DNA of 43,954 nt from an uncultured Rhizobiaceae bacterium (GTDB taxonomy: Bacteria > Pseudomonadota > Alphaproteobacteria > Rickettsiales > UBA1997), in NCBI GenBank assembly GCA_964493475.1, contig CAZBNS010000002.1, positions 1 through 43,954 of the forward strand, in the 5' to 3' direction. The translations under genes and the position numbers were made by a program. Below the pieces are notes generated by a model. It was not told where the DNA came from, searched no databases, and saw nothing but the letters and a program-made list of their open reading frames with translations. Positions 1 through 8,934 of the stretch are shown here, piece by piece (the first letter of the stretch is position 1; every line of letters begins with the position of its first letter).

Positions 1-55
1 CTAATCTTTCCCATCCTTGAGGGGAAATGTCAACGGAGTTGACAAAGGGGAGCTA
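1..55. repeat. Family-1 dispersed hairpin repeat (RPE/REP-like), cut by the window edge
   Basis: The unit is ctaatctttccc..gggaaa hairpin, then tgtcaac-gga-gttgaca hairpin, then aaggggagcta. The same ~50-nt unit recurs at 758-806, 8029-8078 and 10910-10958, and inverted at 16027-16066. Confidence 0.7.
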
Positions 56-93
56 TTTACAAAAACATATAATTAAAACTCCCAAATAAACAT

Positions 94-122
94 TTGACAA
101 ATAAAACCAAATAATTAACAAT
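94..122 (+). promoter_or_regulatory. Sigma70-like promoter of cassette copy 1 (TTGACA-N17-AACAAT)
   Basis: TTGACA lies at 94-99, followed by a 17-nt spacer and AACAAT at 117-122. The same hexamers and spacing occur in the two other cassette copies. Confidence 0.55.
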
Positions 123-126
123 TTGA

Positions 127-327
127 TTGCCTACGGGCAAAGTGATGGCTTAAAACACCAAAACCCAATTTTAATTTAGTTCGCAGGTCTTTGTTGTATC
201 TAACGATATAGCGGAGGCTTGCGGTTATAATGAATTATGTTTCATAATTCAAAAGGCTGTAAGGGCTGATTGGGTCAGTTGTTTTAACCTCCGCACTTTT
301 CAAATTATTTGAAGTGCGATTTTTATT
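127..327 (+). ncRNA. Conserved structured leader/ncRNA, copy 1 (unknown family)
   Basis: Helices read from the sequence: 5' hairpin ttgcc-UACG-ggcaa (127-140); hairpin tatc/gata (197-208); P1 gcggagg (211-217)/cctccgc (288-294); P2 cttgcgg (218-224)/ctgtaag (257-263) capped by gaattatg/cataattc (232-250); hairpin gctga/tcagt (265-279). Stems are supported by compensatory changes in copies 2 and 3. Confidence 0.7.
292..327 (+). terminator. Intrinsic terminator at the end of RNA copy 1
   Basis: Stem cgcactt (292-298)/aagtgcg (312-318) is followed by atttttatt. The 5' arm shares nt 292-294 with the P1 3' strand. Confidence 0.65.
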
Positions 328-347
328 AATTAAAAAAGAGGTAAAAT

Positions 348-671
348 ATGATGACTGATAAACTAAGAGAATTAAATAATCTTTTAAATCAGAAAATAGA
401 TGATAGTAAGAATAAGAATAATTCTTATAATAATAATCTCAAAGACGAAATAAATAACATTGAAAGAGAAATACTAGACAAGAAACTATTTCAATTAGAA
501 AGAAAAGCTTTCCAATATATAGTAAATAATAACTTTAATGCAAAACGAGATATAAGAACATTGAGAAGATTATTAAGATATATAGAAAGAACTCACGAAG
601 GAAAAAGAACTAATGAGTGTATGATTGAAAGAGTAGAGAATCTATTGGAAAGTGTGATAAAGAAAGATTAA
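348..671 (+). CDS. Small K/N/E/R-rich, probably helical protein of unknown function (cassette cargo 1)
   Basis: The ORF is 107 aa, with GAGGT (338-342) upstream of ATG 348/351. Its C-terminal segment QYIVNNN..RDIRTLRRLLRYIERT resembles RYYIDNK..GDVIGLRNLLNYIIKT of cargo 2. Confidence 0.6.
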   Translation: MMTDKLRELNNLLNQKIDDSKNKNNSYNNNLKDEINNIEREILDKKLFQLERKAFQYIVNNNFNAKRDIRTLRRLLRYIERTHEGKRTNECMIERVENLLESVIKKD

Positions 672-730
672 CAAAATAAAGAATTGAAAAACATAAGCTA
701 AAAAAGTGGAGCTAATAAAATAATTAAAAA

Positions 731-842
731 GTACCTCCTATTTGTCGTGTTGCGACATTTCCCATCAAGTAGGGGAAATGTCTGAAGGACAAAGGGGGGG
801 GGAGATACAAAACAACTTAAAGGGAGCTATAATAAAATAAAT
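731..842. repeat. Family-1 repeat, extended copy
   Basis: Core tttcccatcaagtaggggaaatgtctgaaggacaaagggg lies at 758-806. The 5' part cctatttgtcgtgttgcgac matches 15557-15576, and the tail aagggagcta..aaatggctgcaa matches 15625-15652. Confidence 0.65.
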
Positions 843-942
843 TTCCACAAAGGATAAATGGCTGCAAATTGTCTCACAACAGGAAAAAACCTCGATATAG
901 TCGGTAAATTGTAAGATAAACTTCAACAAATAAGGCAACTAT

Positions 943-1341
943 TTATGTTTTGCTAACTATCACAATCGTATTTATATAAGGTGTTTCATCGGTAATTGAA
1001 AGGTCTATTTGCAAATATTTGTAATCAACTTTGTAAAGATTTTCTAAAAAGTTGCAGCCGCTTTCTGTTAAACTAATAATTGGTCTTCCTAAAATGTCAT
1101 TGTTTATAGTTATTTCATTAAGATGCAGTCCTCTGCCAATGCCAATGCCAAGGGCTTTTGAAAAAGCTTCTTTGGCACAAAATCTTTTTGCTAAAAAATT
1201 TACATGATTTTTTGTGATTTTTTTATATTGCTTAAGTTCTTCTTCTGATAATATTCTTTTTGAAAATTTGTCATCAAATTTTTCTCGAACTTTAATTAAT
1301 CTATTTATATTTAATAAATCTATTCCGACACCTAATATCAT
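943..1341 (-). CDS. acpS: Holo-[acyl-carrier-protein] synthase
   Basis: The N-terminus ILGVGIDLLNINR and the motif RFCAKEAFSKALG are typical of AcpS-type 4'-phosphopantetheinyl transferases. Size is 132 aa. Confidence 0.9.
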   Translation of the reverse strand: MILGVGIDLLNINRLIKVREKFDDKFSKRILSEEELKQYKKITKNHVNFLAKRFCAKEAFSKALGIGIGRGLHLNEITINNDILGRPIISLTESGCNFLENLYKVDYKYLQIDLSITDETPYINTIVIVSKT

Positions 1342-1371
1342 GCTTGCGAACTTTAAAAAAATTAATCAAAA

Positions 1372-2457
1372 TTACTTTTTCTTAGACTTTTTTGGAGTAT
1401 CTTCAGCTTTTTCTTCTTGTTCATCATTAAATTCTTCAATAATTTCATTATCATTTATGTTTAATGGATCGTGAAAGTTTGATCTGATTTTCTTTTCAAT
1501 TTCATTTAATAAAGTAGGATTATTTCTCAAATATTCTTTTGCGCTTTCCTTTCCTTGTCCTATTCTTTGACTATTATAAGAATACCAAGAGCCAGATTTT
1601 TCAATGATATTTGAATCTGAGCCGAGGTCAATAATTTCGCCAATTTTTGATATTCCTTCACCGTAAATTATTTCAAACTTAGCACTTCTAAAAGGCGGAG
1701 CAACTTTATTCTTTACAACCTTAACAGTTGTTTCATTTCCAACGGATTCTTCTTTGTCTTTTATTTGTGTTCCTTTCCTAACATCAAGTCTAACGGAAGC
1801 ATAGAATTTTAAAGCATTGCCTCCAGTTGTGGTTTCTGGATTTCCGAACATTATACCAATTTTCATTCTAATTTGGTTAATGAAGAAGACGGTGCAGTTT
1901 GTCTTAGATATGGAGCCGGTTAATTTTCTCAATGCTTTACTCATTAATCTTGCTTGTAATCCCATCTGATTATCTTCCATGGCGCCTTCAAGCTCAACTT
2001 TTGGAACTAATGCAGCAACGGAGTCAATAACTATAACATCAACAGCACCGGATCTAACTAAAGTATCAGCAATCTCAAGCGCTTCTTCACCACTGCTTGG
2101 CTGAGAAATAATTAACTCTTCAAGATTAATTCCTAATTTTTTTCCGTAAGCTGGGTCAAAAGCATGTTCTGCATCAATAAAAGCACAAGTTAAGCCTTGT
2201 TTTTGAGCTTCAGCAATTGCATGCAAAGTAAGAGTTGTTTTACCTGAGCTTTCCGGGCCATATACTTCTATAATTCTGCCTCTTGGATATCCGCCTACAC
2301 CAAGAGCATTGTCAAGTGTTAATGAGCCAGATGATATTACTTTAATATCCTCAATTGGCTTTTGTCCGAATTTCATAGCAGAACCTTTGCCAAATTGTTT
2401 GTCTATTTGTTGCAACGCTATTTCTAAAGCTTTTTGTTTTTCAGCAGATACTGTCAT
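1372..2457 (-). CDS. recA: Recombinase RecA
   Basis: Walker [17 protein letters not shown], and the loop [32 protein letters not shown] are present, with full-length RecA similarity. Confidence 0.98.
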   Translation of the reverse strand: MTVSAEKQKALEIALQQIDKQFGKGSAMKFGQKPIEDIKVISSGSLTLDNALGVGGYPRGRIIEVYGPESSGKTTLTLHAIAEAQKQGLTCAFIDAEHAFDPAYGKKLGINLEELIISQPSSGEEALEIADTLVRSGAVDVIVIDSVAALVPKVELEGAMEDNQMGLQARLMSKALRKLTGSISKTNCTVFFINQIRMKIGIMFGNPETTTGGNALKFYASVRLDVRKGTQIKDKEESVGNETTVKVVKNKVAPPFRSAKFEIIYGEGISKIGEIIDLGSDSNIIEKSGSWYSYNSQRIGQGKESAKEYLRNNPTLLNEIEKKIRSNFHDPLNINDNEIIEEFNDEQEEKAEDTPKKSKKK

Positions 2458-2471
2458 GTATTTCCTCTTTG

Positions 2472-2888
2472 TTAATTATTGTTTGTTCTTCTTTGTTGAT
2501 AATTTCGTCTATTATTGTAATTTCTATTAGAATTATTATTTCTATTTAAATTCCTTGTAATACCGTGTATTCTATCTTTTTTGTATTGGAATAATATTAA
2601 TACAATCAATAGGCCAAATAGACCAGCCATTAAATATGCAATAGCAATATTTCCAGTTTTAGCTAATTCAAATATCATTGAAACTATATAAAGCAAAAAA
2701 ATTGCGCCAAATATTTGTCCAATTCTAAAGTGTATTAAATACTTATCTTGCAATTTATGTCTGTGTTCTTGTTCTTTTTTCACTAACTCCAACAGTTCTT
2801 TAGACAATCCTTTGGATATATTTTCATATCTTTCCAATAATTCTGGCGGTGGTAATAAGGTTTCTTTCTTTTCTTGTATATTATTCAT
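2472..2888 (-). CDS. Small membrane protein, DUF2335-like
   Basis: [10 protein letters not shown]...KEQEHRH is followed by two hydrophobic segments and an N/R-rich tail. The family assignment is from memory of the motif. Confidence 0.5.
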   Translation of the reverse strand: MNNIQEKKETLLPPPELLERYENISKGLSKELLELVKKEQEHRHKLQDKYLIHFRIGQIFGAIFLLYIVSMIFELAKTGNIAIAYLMAGLFGLLIVLILFQYKKDRIHGITRNLNRNNNSNRNYNNRRNYQQRRTNNN

Positions 2889-3143
2889 CGTAATCCTAAA
2901 AATTATTACTATTTTTTATTATGCTTCTAATGTCATTTCCTATTGTTTTCCAATCATTTTTATATATATCATCTGGAAAATATTTTATATTTTTATCAGA
3001 CAAACATATAAAAGGAAAACAAGTAATAAAACCAGATAAAAATCTTTTAAACATTTAAATTTTATAATTGTAAATCATATTTCCTTTATATAAATATTCT
3101 TTTAATTTTGCAAGAATTATTACTAATAATTACGCAATTATAT

Positions 3144-3273
3144 GCTTCCTTACTGGAATTCCCTCCCATATACAAAAAAGTGAGCATAGTCTTCCCCATG
3201 AGGAATGAAATAATAGGAAAAGAGAAATATCCAAAGACAAAGGGAAGCTGCATTACAAATATTTTTTAGCTTT
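3144..3273. repeat. Family-2 dispersed repeat
   Basis: ctggaattccc..tagtcttccccatgaggaatgaa..aaagacaaagggaagctgcattacaaatattttttagcttt has parts that recur at 24508-24563 and 38705-38727. Confidence 0.55.
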
Positions 3274-3297
3274 AAAAATAATTACTGTATTTATTGC

Positions 3298-4371
3298 TTA
3301 ATTAGTTCCGGTAGTTTTATTTTCAGTATCCAACTTAACAAGTTTTGAAAGAATATCTTGCCTGTCAGCTAATCCGTCTCGCATCAATTTTTCAGCATAT
3401 TCTCCCATGGTTATCATTCCAAATTTGGAACCTGTTTGAATCATGGAATCAATTTGATGAATTTTATTTTCTCTTATCATATTTCGAATGCCGCTGGTTG
3501 CAATTAAAATTTCAAAACCGGCTATCATTCCACTATTATTTGTTCTCTTGAATAGTGTTTGTAAAACTATAGCCTGTAAAGATGTTGAAAGCATACTCCT
3601 CACAACTTCTTTTTCACTTAAATCGCAGGAATCTATAATTCTATCAATAGTTTTGCTTGCTGACATAGTATGAAGTGTTGAAAAAACCAAGTGTCCGGTT
3701 TCTGCTGCTGTTAAGGCCATTTTTATTGTTTCTTTATCCCGCATTTCACCAATCATGATAACATCTGGATCTTCTCTTAAAGCGCCTCTAAGTCCATCAG
3801 CGAAATTTCTAACACTTCTTCCAACTTCCCTTTGATCCACAAGAGATTTTTTTGTTTCGTGCATATACTCAACTGGATCCTCCAGAATTATTATATGCTT
3901 TGGAAAATTTCTATTGATATAGTCAATCATTATTGCAAGCGTTGTGGATTTTCCACTTCCAGTTGGACCGCAAACTAGCACTAAGCCTTTTTCAAGAGAC
4001 GCCATTTTTTTAAAAATATTAGGAAATCCGGATTCTTCCAAAAGCGGCACTTTGCTGTTTAATTGTCTAAAAACAGCGGAAACGCCAATATGCGTTCTAA
4101 AAACATTTACCCTATACCTAGTTTTATTCTCTGAATTTGAATAGGCATAATCAACTTGTAAGTTTTTTAAAAAAACTTCCTGTGCGTATTTATCCATAAT
4201 ATTTAATACAATATCAAGGATGTCTTTTCCACTCAATACTTTGAATTCAGTTAATGTGTGAATATCTCCCTGAACTCTTACATATGGAGGCAAGTTTGTT
4301 GATAAATGAATATCAGATGCTCCAAGTTCTTGAGCTTTATTGAGTATACTATTTAAGTAGCTTTTGTCCAT
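3298..4371 (-). CDS. pilT: Type IV pilus retraction ATPase PilT family
   Basis: Walker A GPTGSGKST, the Asp box EDPVE, GEMRD and the His box TGHLVFSTLHT are present. Size is 357 aa. Confidence 0.9.
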   Translation of the reverse strand: MDKSYLNSILNKAQELGASDIHLSTNLPPYVRVQGDIHTLTEFKVLSGKDILDIVLNIMDKYAQEVFLKNLQVDYAYSNSENKTRYRVNVFRTHIGVSAVFRQLNSKVPLLEESGFPNIFKKMASLEKGLVLVCGPTGSGKSTTLAIMIDYINRNFPKHIIILEDPVEYMHETKKSLVDQREVGRSVRNFADGLRGALREDPDVIMIGEMRDKETIKMALTAAETGHLVFSTLHTMSASKTIDRIIDSCDLSEKEVVRSMLSTSLQAIVLQTLFKRTNNSGMIAGFEILIATSGIRNMIRENKIHQIDSMIQTGSKFGMITMGEYAEKLMRDGLADRQDILSKLVKLDTENKTTGTN

Positions 4372-5202
4372 TTATTTCCTTTCTAAAACATTTAATCTAT
4401 TCCTTATATCCTTTACTGGCAGATTAAAGCTGTCTATTTTACTTGATGCTAACAATCCCTTGTATAAATTCTTGGCTTCTGGATAATTTTTATTCAAATC
4501 ATATAAAACGGCCAAATTATATTGATACTCCAAATTATTTGAGTCCAATTCAATAGCTCTCTTAATATATTCAATAGCTTTAGAATAATTTTGTATTCTG
4601 GAATATGCTATACTAGTTTGAGCTTGAATTAACGGCGATGTCAAATTTCTATCAGCTATACTTGACAATAAATAAACTGCCTCATAAGGAGTTTCATTTG
4701 AAATAATAGCCAATAAATTAGCCATCACTTGCTGATCTGTTGGATAAACTTCCATAACCTCTATATATAAAGGCTTTGCCTGTATATATTCCCCCAAATA
4801 CTGATAAGCAGTAGCTAACCCGAGTTTTGCATAAACATCATCTTTATTTTGCTTTAATGCGTCTTTATACAACTCAACTGCAATTTCATATTGTCCGATA
4901 TTAATTGCATCAAAAGCTTTTCTTTTCAATGCCAAAATTCTAGTATCGTCTGTACTTTTAGTAGTTGTTGCATTTATTTTTTTTGCTGATTGAACATCGG
5001 TACCTTCTAATGTTTTAGTATCCTGCTCGTCCCATCCACCTTTTTTTATAACAATGTCCGCATTTTCCGGTTTCAAAACTTCTTTAGAATAAATCAAATT
5101 TTTTTCAACCTGCTCAACAACATCAAGTGGACTATTTTTTTCAGCCCCATAAGAACTAAAAGCAACAAATAAGGAAAAAAATAAAAAATAAACTTTTTTC
5201 AC
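4372..5202 (-). CDS. Secreted TPR-repeat protein (possible PilF/PilW-like pilus accessory factor)
   Basis: It has a signal peptide MKKVYFLFFSLFVAFSSYG-AE and several TPR-like units (AxxYxxxGxYxxA). Its stop codon abuts the pilT start with 0 nt between them. Confidence 0.6.
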   Translation of the reverse strand: MKKVYFLFFSLFVAFSSYGAEKNSPLDVVEQVEKNLIYSKEVLKPENADIVIKKGGWDEQDTKTLEGTDVQSAKKINATTTKSTDDTRILALKRKAFDAINIGQYEIAVELYKDALKQNKDDVYAKLGLATAYQYLGEYIQAKPLYIEVMEVYPTDQQVMANLLAIISNETPYEAVYLLSSIADRNLTSPLIQAQTSIAYSRIQNYSKAIEYIKRAIELDSNNLEYQYNLAVLYDLNKNYPEAKNLYKGLLASSKIDSFNLPVKDIRNRLNVLERK

Positions 5203-5754
5203 AAAATATCAATTATTTCGATTAATACTTATAATAAGGTTAATTAATTATTTATTCAAGAAAAAACTGTAAAACTTCAAGTATCTGCATTTTAAAACTT
5301 TTGATAAAATTAGAAACATGCCTCAAAGCTTCCTTTAGCCTTGAAGCCAAAACTCCTCAATTCCCTACACAACCACTATTATTTTTTAGCTATATTTTTA
5401 TGAGTACTTAAGTCAATCCTAACTTGCAGTGTTTTTATTTGTCTCTCCATCACTTCCACTTTTTTAAGTAAAAGTTCGGGTTTTTTTATCAACCTCTTTA
5501 AACTGTCTGCCTTCTTTTCTAACGTGGTATTCTTCATTCTACAATAACAAGATATTCATTATGAGTTTACTTGTCTTATTTAAAAAAGTCAATGCTAAGT
5601 GTGGATATTTTGAGAATTTTTATAATGCAAGATTTTTTAGTATTAATTTCAATAGCTCCTTTATCGCTCCTGCGAAGTCAAATGTCGCAGAGCAACAAAT
5701 GAGAGCTACTTAACATCTTCAAGTATATTCCTAACCATCAAACCCAAAAAATTA

Positions 5755-6348
5755 TCAATAATTAGGCTGCAACGCACTTATTTTATTCCCTATTTCAATA
5801 GCCAGTTGATTTATCAAATAACTATATCCTTTGACTAAATCATTATAATTGCTACTTGTTAAATCGGTTGTAAAATTACTATTTTTTGCAATCAAAACAT
5901 TTCCATTTTTATCCAAAATTGACCACAAAACACTTAATGCTACTTTATCGCCAAATCTTCCATCAAATTTGTTAACCATAACGTAAACTGAGTAATCAGC
6001 CCTTGCAGTCTTTATGGCATTAGTTTTAATAATTGATTTTGACACGTAAGAATATAAATCACCAGCCAATACTCTTTGGATTGAATCCGATAATGGCTCA
6101 ACCCATCTATTTGTTTCCGATATGTTAAATTCTGTATCTTCGCTATTTAATGTAATAATTTGTGGTCTATCTAGATATGCAGGAACAACTATAGGCTCAA
6201 TATTAATAACAAGATTTTTCTTAGTTTTAATTTTTACATTGCTATTGTCATATGAAACTAAATTATAGAAACTGGACGGCATGCTTATGCCGCCAATACA
6301 CGAAGACAGTAATAAAACAATAATTAATGAATAAAATATTTTTCTCAT
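5755..6348 (-). CDS. ABC-transport auxiliary lipoprotein (DUF330/PqiC-like)
   Basis: It has a lipobox LLLSSC, then Y.L...VPAYLDRPQI...RWVEPL, a pattern typical of this family. It lies 1 nt downstream of the MCE gene. Confidence 0.7.
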   Translation of the reverse strand: MRKIFYSLIIVLLLSSCIGGISMPSSFYNLVSYDNSNVKIKTKKNLVINIEPIVVPAYLDRPQIITLNSEDTEFNISETNRWVEPLSDSIQRVLAGDLYSYVSKSIIKTNAIKTARADYSVYVMVNKFDGRFGDKVALSVLWSILDKNGNVLIAKNSNFTTDLTSSNYNDLVKGYSYLINQLAIEIGNKISALQPNY

Positions 6349-6349
6349 A

Positions 6350-7141
6350 TTAATACCTCTTTCCTTTTAATAAAGCCTCTGGATGCCTCTCAACATAATC
6401 AGCAAAATTTTTTAAAGCCTTTGCGGCATCACTAATTTCATTAAGTGTTTTATTCAAATTCCATATAGTTGTAGATATATTATTATCATTTCCTGATACT
6501 ATTTTATTTACATTTGCTGCTATAGACGATGTTTGAATTAAAAATAAAGGCAATTCTTTATCAACAACATCTAATATATTATTAAGTTTATCAACGGTTT
6601 GTTTTATTGGCAAATCCTGTATTCCCTTTGATAACTCGCCAAGAGGAGATAAAACAGTCGGTATTTCAATCATATCTCTTCTTGATAAATTCGTAGCCTT
6701 AAAAACGGCAGGCATATTTGGCAAAATTTCCAGCTCTATAGATAATTGTCCCGTAAGATAACTTTGCGTCATCAGCCTTGCTTTTAGACCTTTTTCTATT
6801 AAATCATTTAAAAAAGCCTCTTTATTGTGAATTCTTTTATTATTATCAATTCTAAAAGTCTGATCCTTATTTAATTGAATATATACAGGCACACTAAAAT
6901 TTAAATTCTTAATATCAGCAATTAAGTCTATATCTGAAACCTTTCCAATTTCAACTCCTCTAAAAGACACTGGCGAGCCCACAATTAGACCTTTTACTGA
7001 CTCGTCAAAATACATAACAATTCTGTCTTTATCTGATCTTACTACCCTTTTATTCAAAAACATAATTACTATAAAAACAAAAAGTAAAATTCCAATAATT
7101 GTAAATAAACCAATAAGTATTCTATTTGGCGTTCGCTGCAT
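6350..7141 (-). CDS. MCE/MlaD-family substrate-binding membrane protein
   Basis: It has an N-terminal TM helix and an MCE core, GLIVGSPVSFRGVEIGKV. It overlaps the upstream ABC ATPase gene by 20 nt. Confidence 0.8.
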   Translation of the reverse strand: MQRTPNRILIGLFTIIGILLFVFIVIMFLNKRVVRSDKDRIVMYFDESVKGLIVGSPVSFRGVEIGKVSDIDLIADIKNLNFSVPVYIQLNKDQTFRIDNNKRIHNKEAFLNDLIEKGLKARLMTQSYLTGQLSIELEILPNMPAVFKATNLSRRDMIEIPTVLSPLGELSKGIQDLPIKQTVDKLNNILDVVDKELPLFLIQTSSIAANVNKIVSGNDNNISTTIWNLNKTLNEISDAAKALKNFADYVERHPEALLKGKRY

Positions 7142-7907
7142 TTCCTTCTCCTCTTGTTAAAAAATTTAATACCTTTTCATTTGGCGGACATCTTAATAAT
7201 TCTTTTGGATTTCCACAGCCAATTATCGTCTGCTCTTCACTATCTAAAAATATAGAATTAGTCCCAATCTTAAAAATTGAATTTAATTCATGCGTAATAA
7301 CAACAATAGTTGTTCCCAAACTTTGATTTATTTCAATAATTAAATCATCAAGCATTTTAGAATTAACTGGATCAAGCCCAGCCGATGGCTCATCAAAATA
7401 AACTATTTTGGGATCCAACGCCAACGCCCTAGCAAACCCAGCTCTTTTTTTCATACCGCCGCTAATCTCAGACGGATAAAAACTTTCAAATCCGCTTAAT
7501 CCAACTAACGACAATTTTAATGAAACTATATCCTTAATTTCATTTTTTGAATAATTTGTATACTGTTCCAACGGCAAAGCCACATTTTCCGCCAAAGTCA
7601 TAGACGAAAATAAAGCGCCACTCTGATACAACACTCCGCACTTTCGCATTATCAAATTTTGAACTTTATTATCAGATTTCCAAAAATTAAAGCCATCAAT
7701 AAATACTCCACCTTTTGCTGGTTGCTTCAAACCAGTCATAACATTAAGCAAGCTAGTTTTGCCACATCCGCTTGAGCCCATAATAACAAAAATATCATGC
7801 TTATTGACTTCAAAACTTATATCTTTCAATAATATAAAATTATCATACGATACTGTTAAGTTTTTAATTTCAATTTCTGCTATTTTAATATTTTCTGGCA
7901 ACATCAA
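7122..7907 (-). CDS. ABC transporter ATP-binding protein, MlaF-like
   Basis: Walker A GSSGCGKTS, the signature ISGGMKKR and Walker B IVYFDEPSAGLD are present. Confidence 0.9.
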   Translation of the reverse strand: MMLPENIKIAEIEIKNLTVSYDNFILLKDISFEVNKHDIFVIMGSSGCGKTSLLNVMTGLKQPAKGGVFIDGFNFWKSDNKVQNLIMRKCGVLYQSGALFSSMTLAENVALPLEQYTNYSKNEIKDIVSLKLSLVGLSGFESFYPSEISGGMKKRAGFARALALDPKIVYFDEPSAGLDPVNSKMLDDLIIEINQSLGTTIVVITHELNSIFKIGTNSIFLDSEEQTIIGCGNPKELLRCPPNEKVLNFLTRGEGNAANAK

Positions 7908-8028
7908 CTTTAAATTGAACTTAATATAAGTAAAACATTAAAAAATATATTTTCAAGATATTTTATTAAATTGGATTGTTAATATGTTATGGTTTTTTAT
8001 TTTAGCTAAATAGTTCAACAACCAAGGA

Positions 8029-8078
8029 CAATCTTTCCACTCCTTGAGGGTCAATATCTGAAGGACAAAGGGGAGCTA
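8029..8078. repeat. Family-1 repeat copy
   Basis: The sequence is caatctttccactccttgagggtcaatatctgaaggacaaaggggagcta. Confidence 0.7.
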
Positions 8079-8179
8079 CAACAACCACAGCAATATCCCA
8101 AAATGATAAAAGAGCTATAATTTACTTACTTGGAACAATACGGGAAAACCATTTAATAAATTTAACAACAAATTTATAA

Positions 8180-8554
8180 TTATTTATTCTTTTCTCTATA
8201 ATTTTCAATGGCCTTTGCAATAGCCTCTTCCGCCATTACAGAGCAATGAATTTTTAATTTTGGCAGTTCTAATTCTTCAACCAGCTCTTTATTTTTTATT
8301 TTTAAAGCCTCTTCAACAGTTTTGCCTATAATTTTTTCCGTCATCAAAGAACTTGAAGAAATCGCTCCGCCACAGCCAAACGTTTTAAATTTTGCATCTA
8401 CAATAACATTATTTTCAATTCTTAACCAAAATTGCAGCATATCCCCGCATACTGGAGATCCAACTAAACCAGTTCCTACATTTTTGTCGTTTTCATCAAG
8501 TTTTCCTACATTCCTTGGGTGTTGACAATGATCCATCATTTTTTCTGAAAGCAT
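8180..8554 (-). CDS. iscU: Fe-S cluster assembly scaffold IscU
   Basis: HPRNVG, GSPVCGD, FKTFGCGGAI and LPKLKIHCSV carry the three conserved Cys. Size is 124 aa. Confidence 0.93.
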   Translation of the reverse strand: MLSEKMMDHCQHPRNVGKLDENDKNVGTGLVGSPVCGDMLQFWLRIENNVIVDAKFKTFGCGGAISSSSLMTEKIIGKTVEEALKIKNKELVEELELPKLKIHCSVMAEEAIAKAIENYREKNK

Positions 8555-8563
8555 ATCATCTCC

Positions 8564-8887
8564 TTAGCCTTTTGCATTTATTAATCCTCTTCCAGGTGTA
8601 TCTGGAAGCAATTGCGCTCGAACCGCATTAAATGGCTTCCCAAGTTGGGCAAGTTCTGCAGTTTCAATTTTACTTAACGGCCCTAGTCCTGTGTTCTTTG
8701 GATCAAAGTTAGCAAGTTTTGTATTCACAATATCAGTGATATTTTTCTCAATCGATTCCCCTGTTCCAGCATTTAATGACTTTCCAAGTTCCAATGCGTT
8801 GCCAGTATTTATAGGATTTGAACTCTGACCTAAACCTTGAATGCCACTATTGCCAGCTTTTCCAATTTCGTTCATAAAATACTCCAC
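8564..8887 (-). CDS. Hypothetical G/N/L-rich small protein
   Basis: This 107-aa ORF ends 9 nt upstream of iscU, where iscS would be expected. I recognise no motif and see no signal peptide. Confidence 0.4.
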   Translation of the reverse strand: MEYFMNEIGKAGNSGIQGLGQSSNPINTGNALELGKSLNAGTGESIEKNITDIVNTKLANFDPKNTGLGPLSKIETAELAQLGKPFNAVRAQLLPDTPGRGLINAKG

Positions 8888-8934
8888 ATTACTATATTAT
8901 TAATATAGTTTTTTTATTTAATAAATCAATAATT

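Noticed and set aside
127-327. The conserved RNA as a retron msr/msd, a type III toxin-antitoxin RNA, an IS200/IS605 omega RNA or a group II intron fragment
   Set aside because: No reverse transcriptase, TnpB/IscB-like nuclease or endoribonuclease-sized toxin ORF follows it. The RNA has no internal tandem repeats as ToxI does. It is too short for a group II intron and lacks domain V-like sequence. Only the promoter-RNA-terminator-ORF layout resembles type III TA systems.
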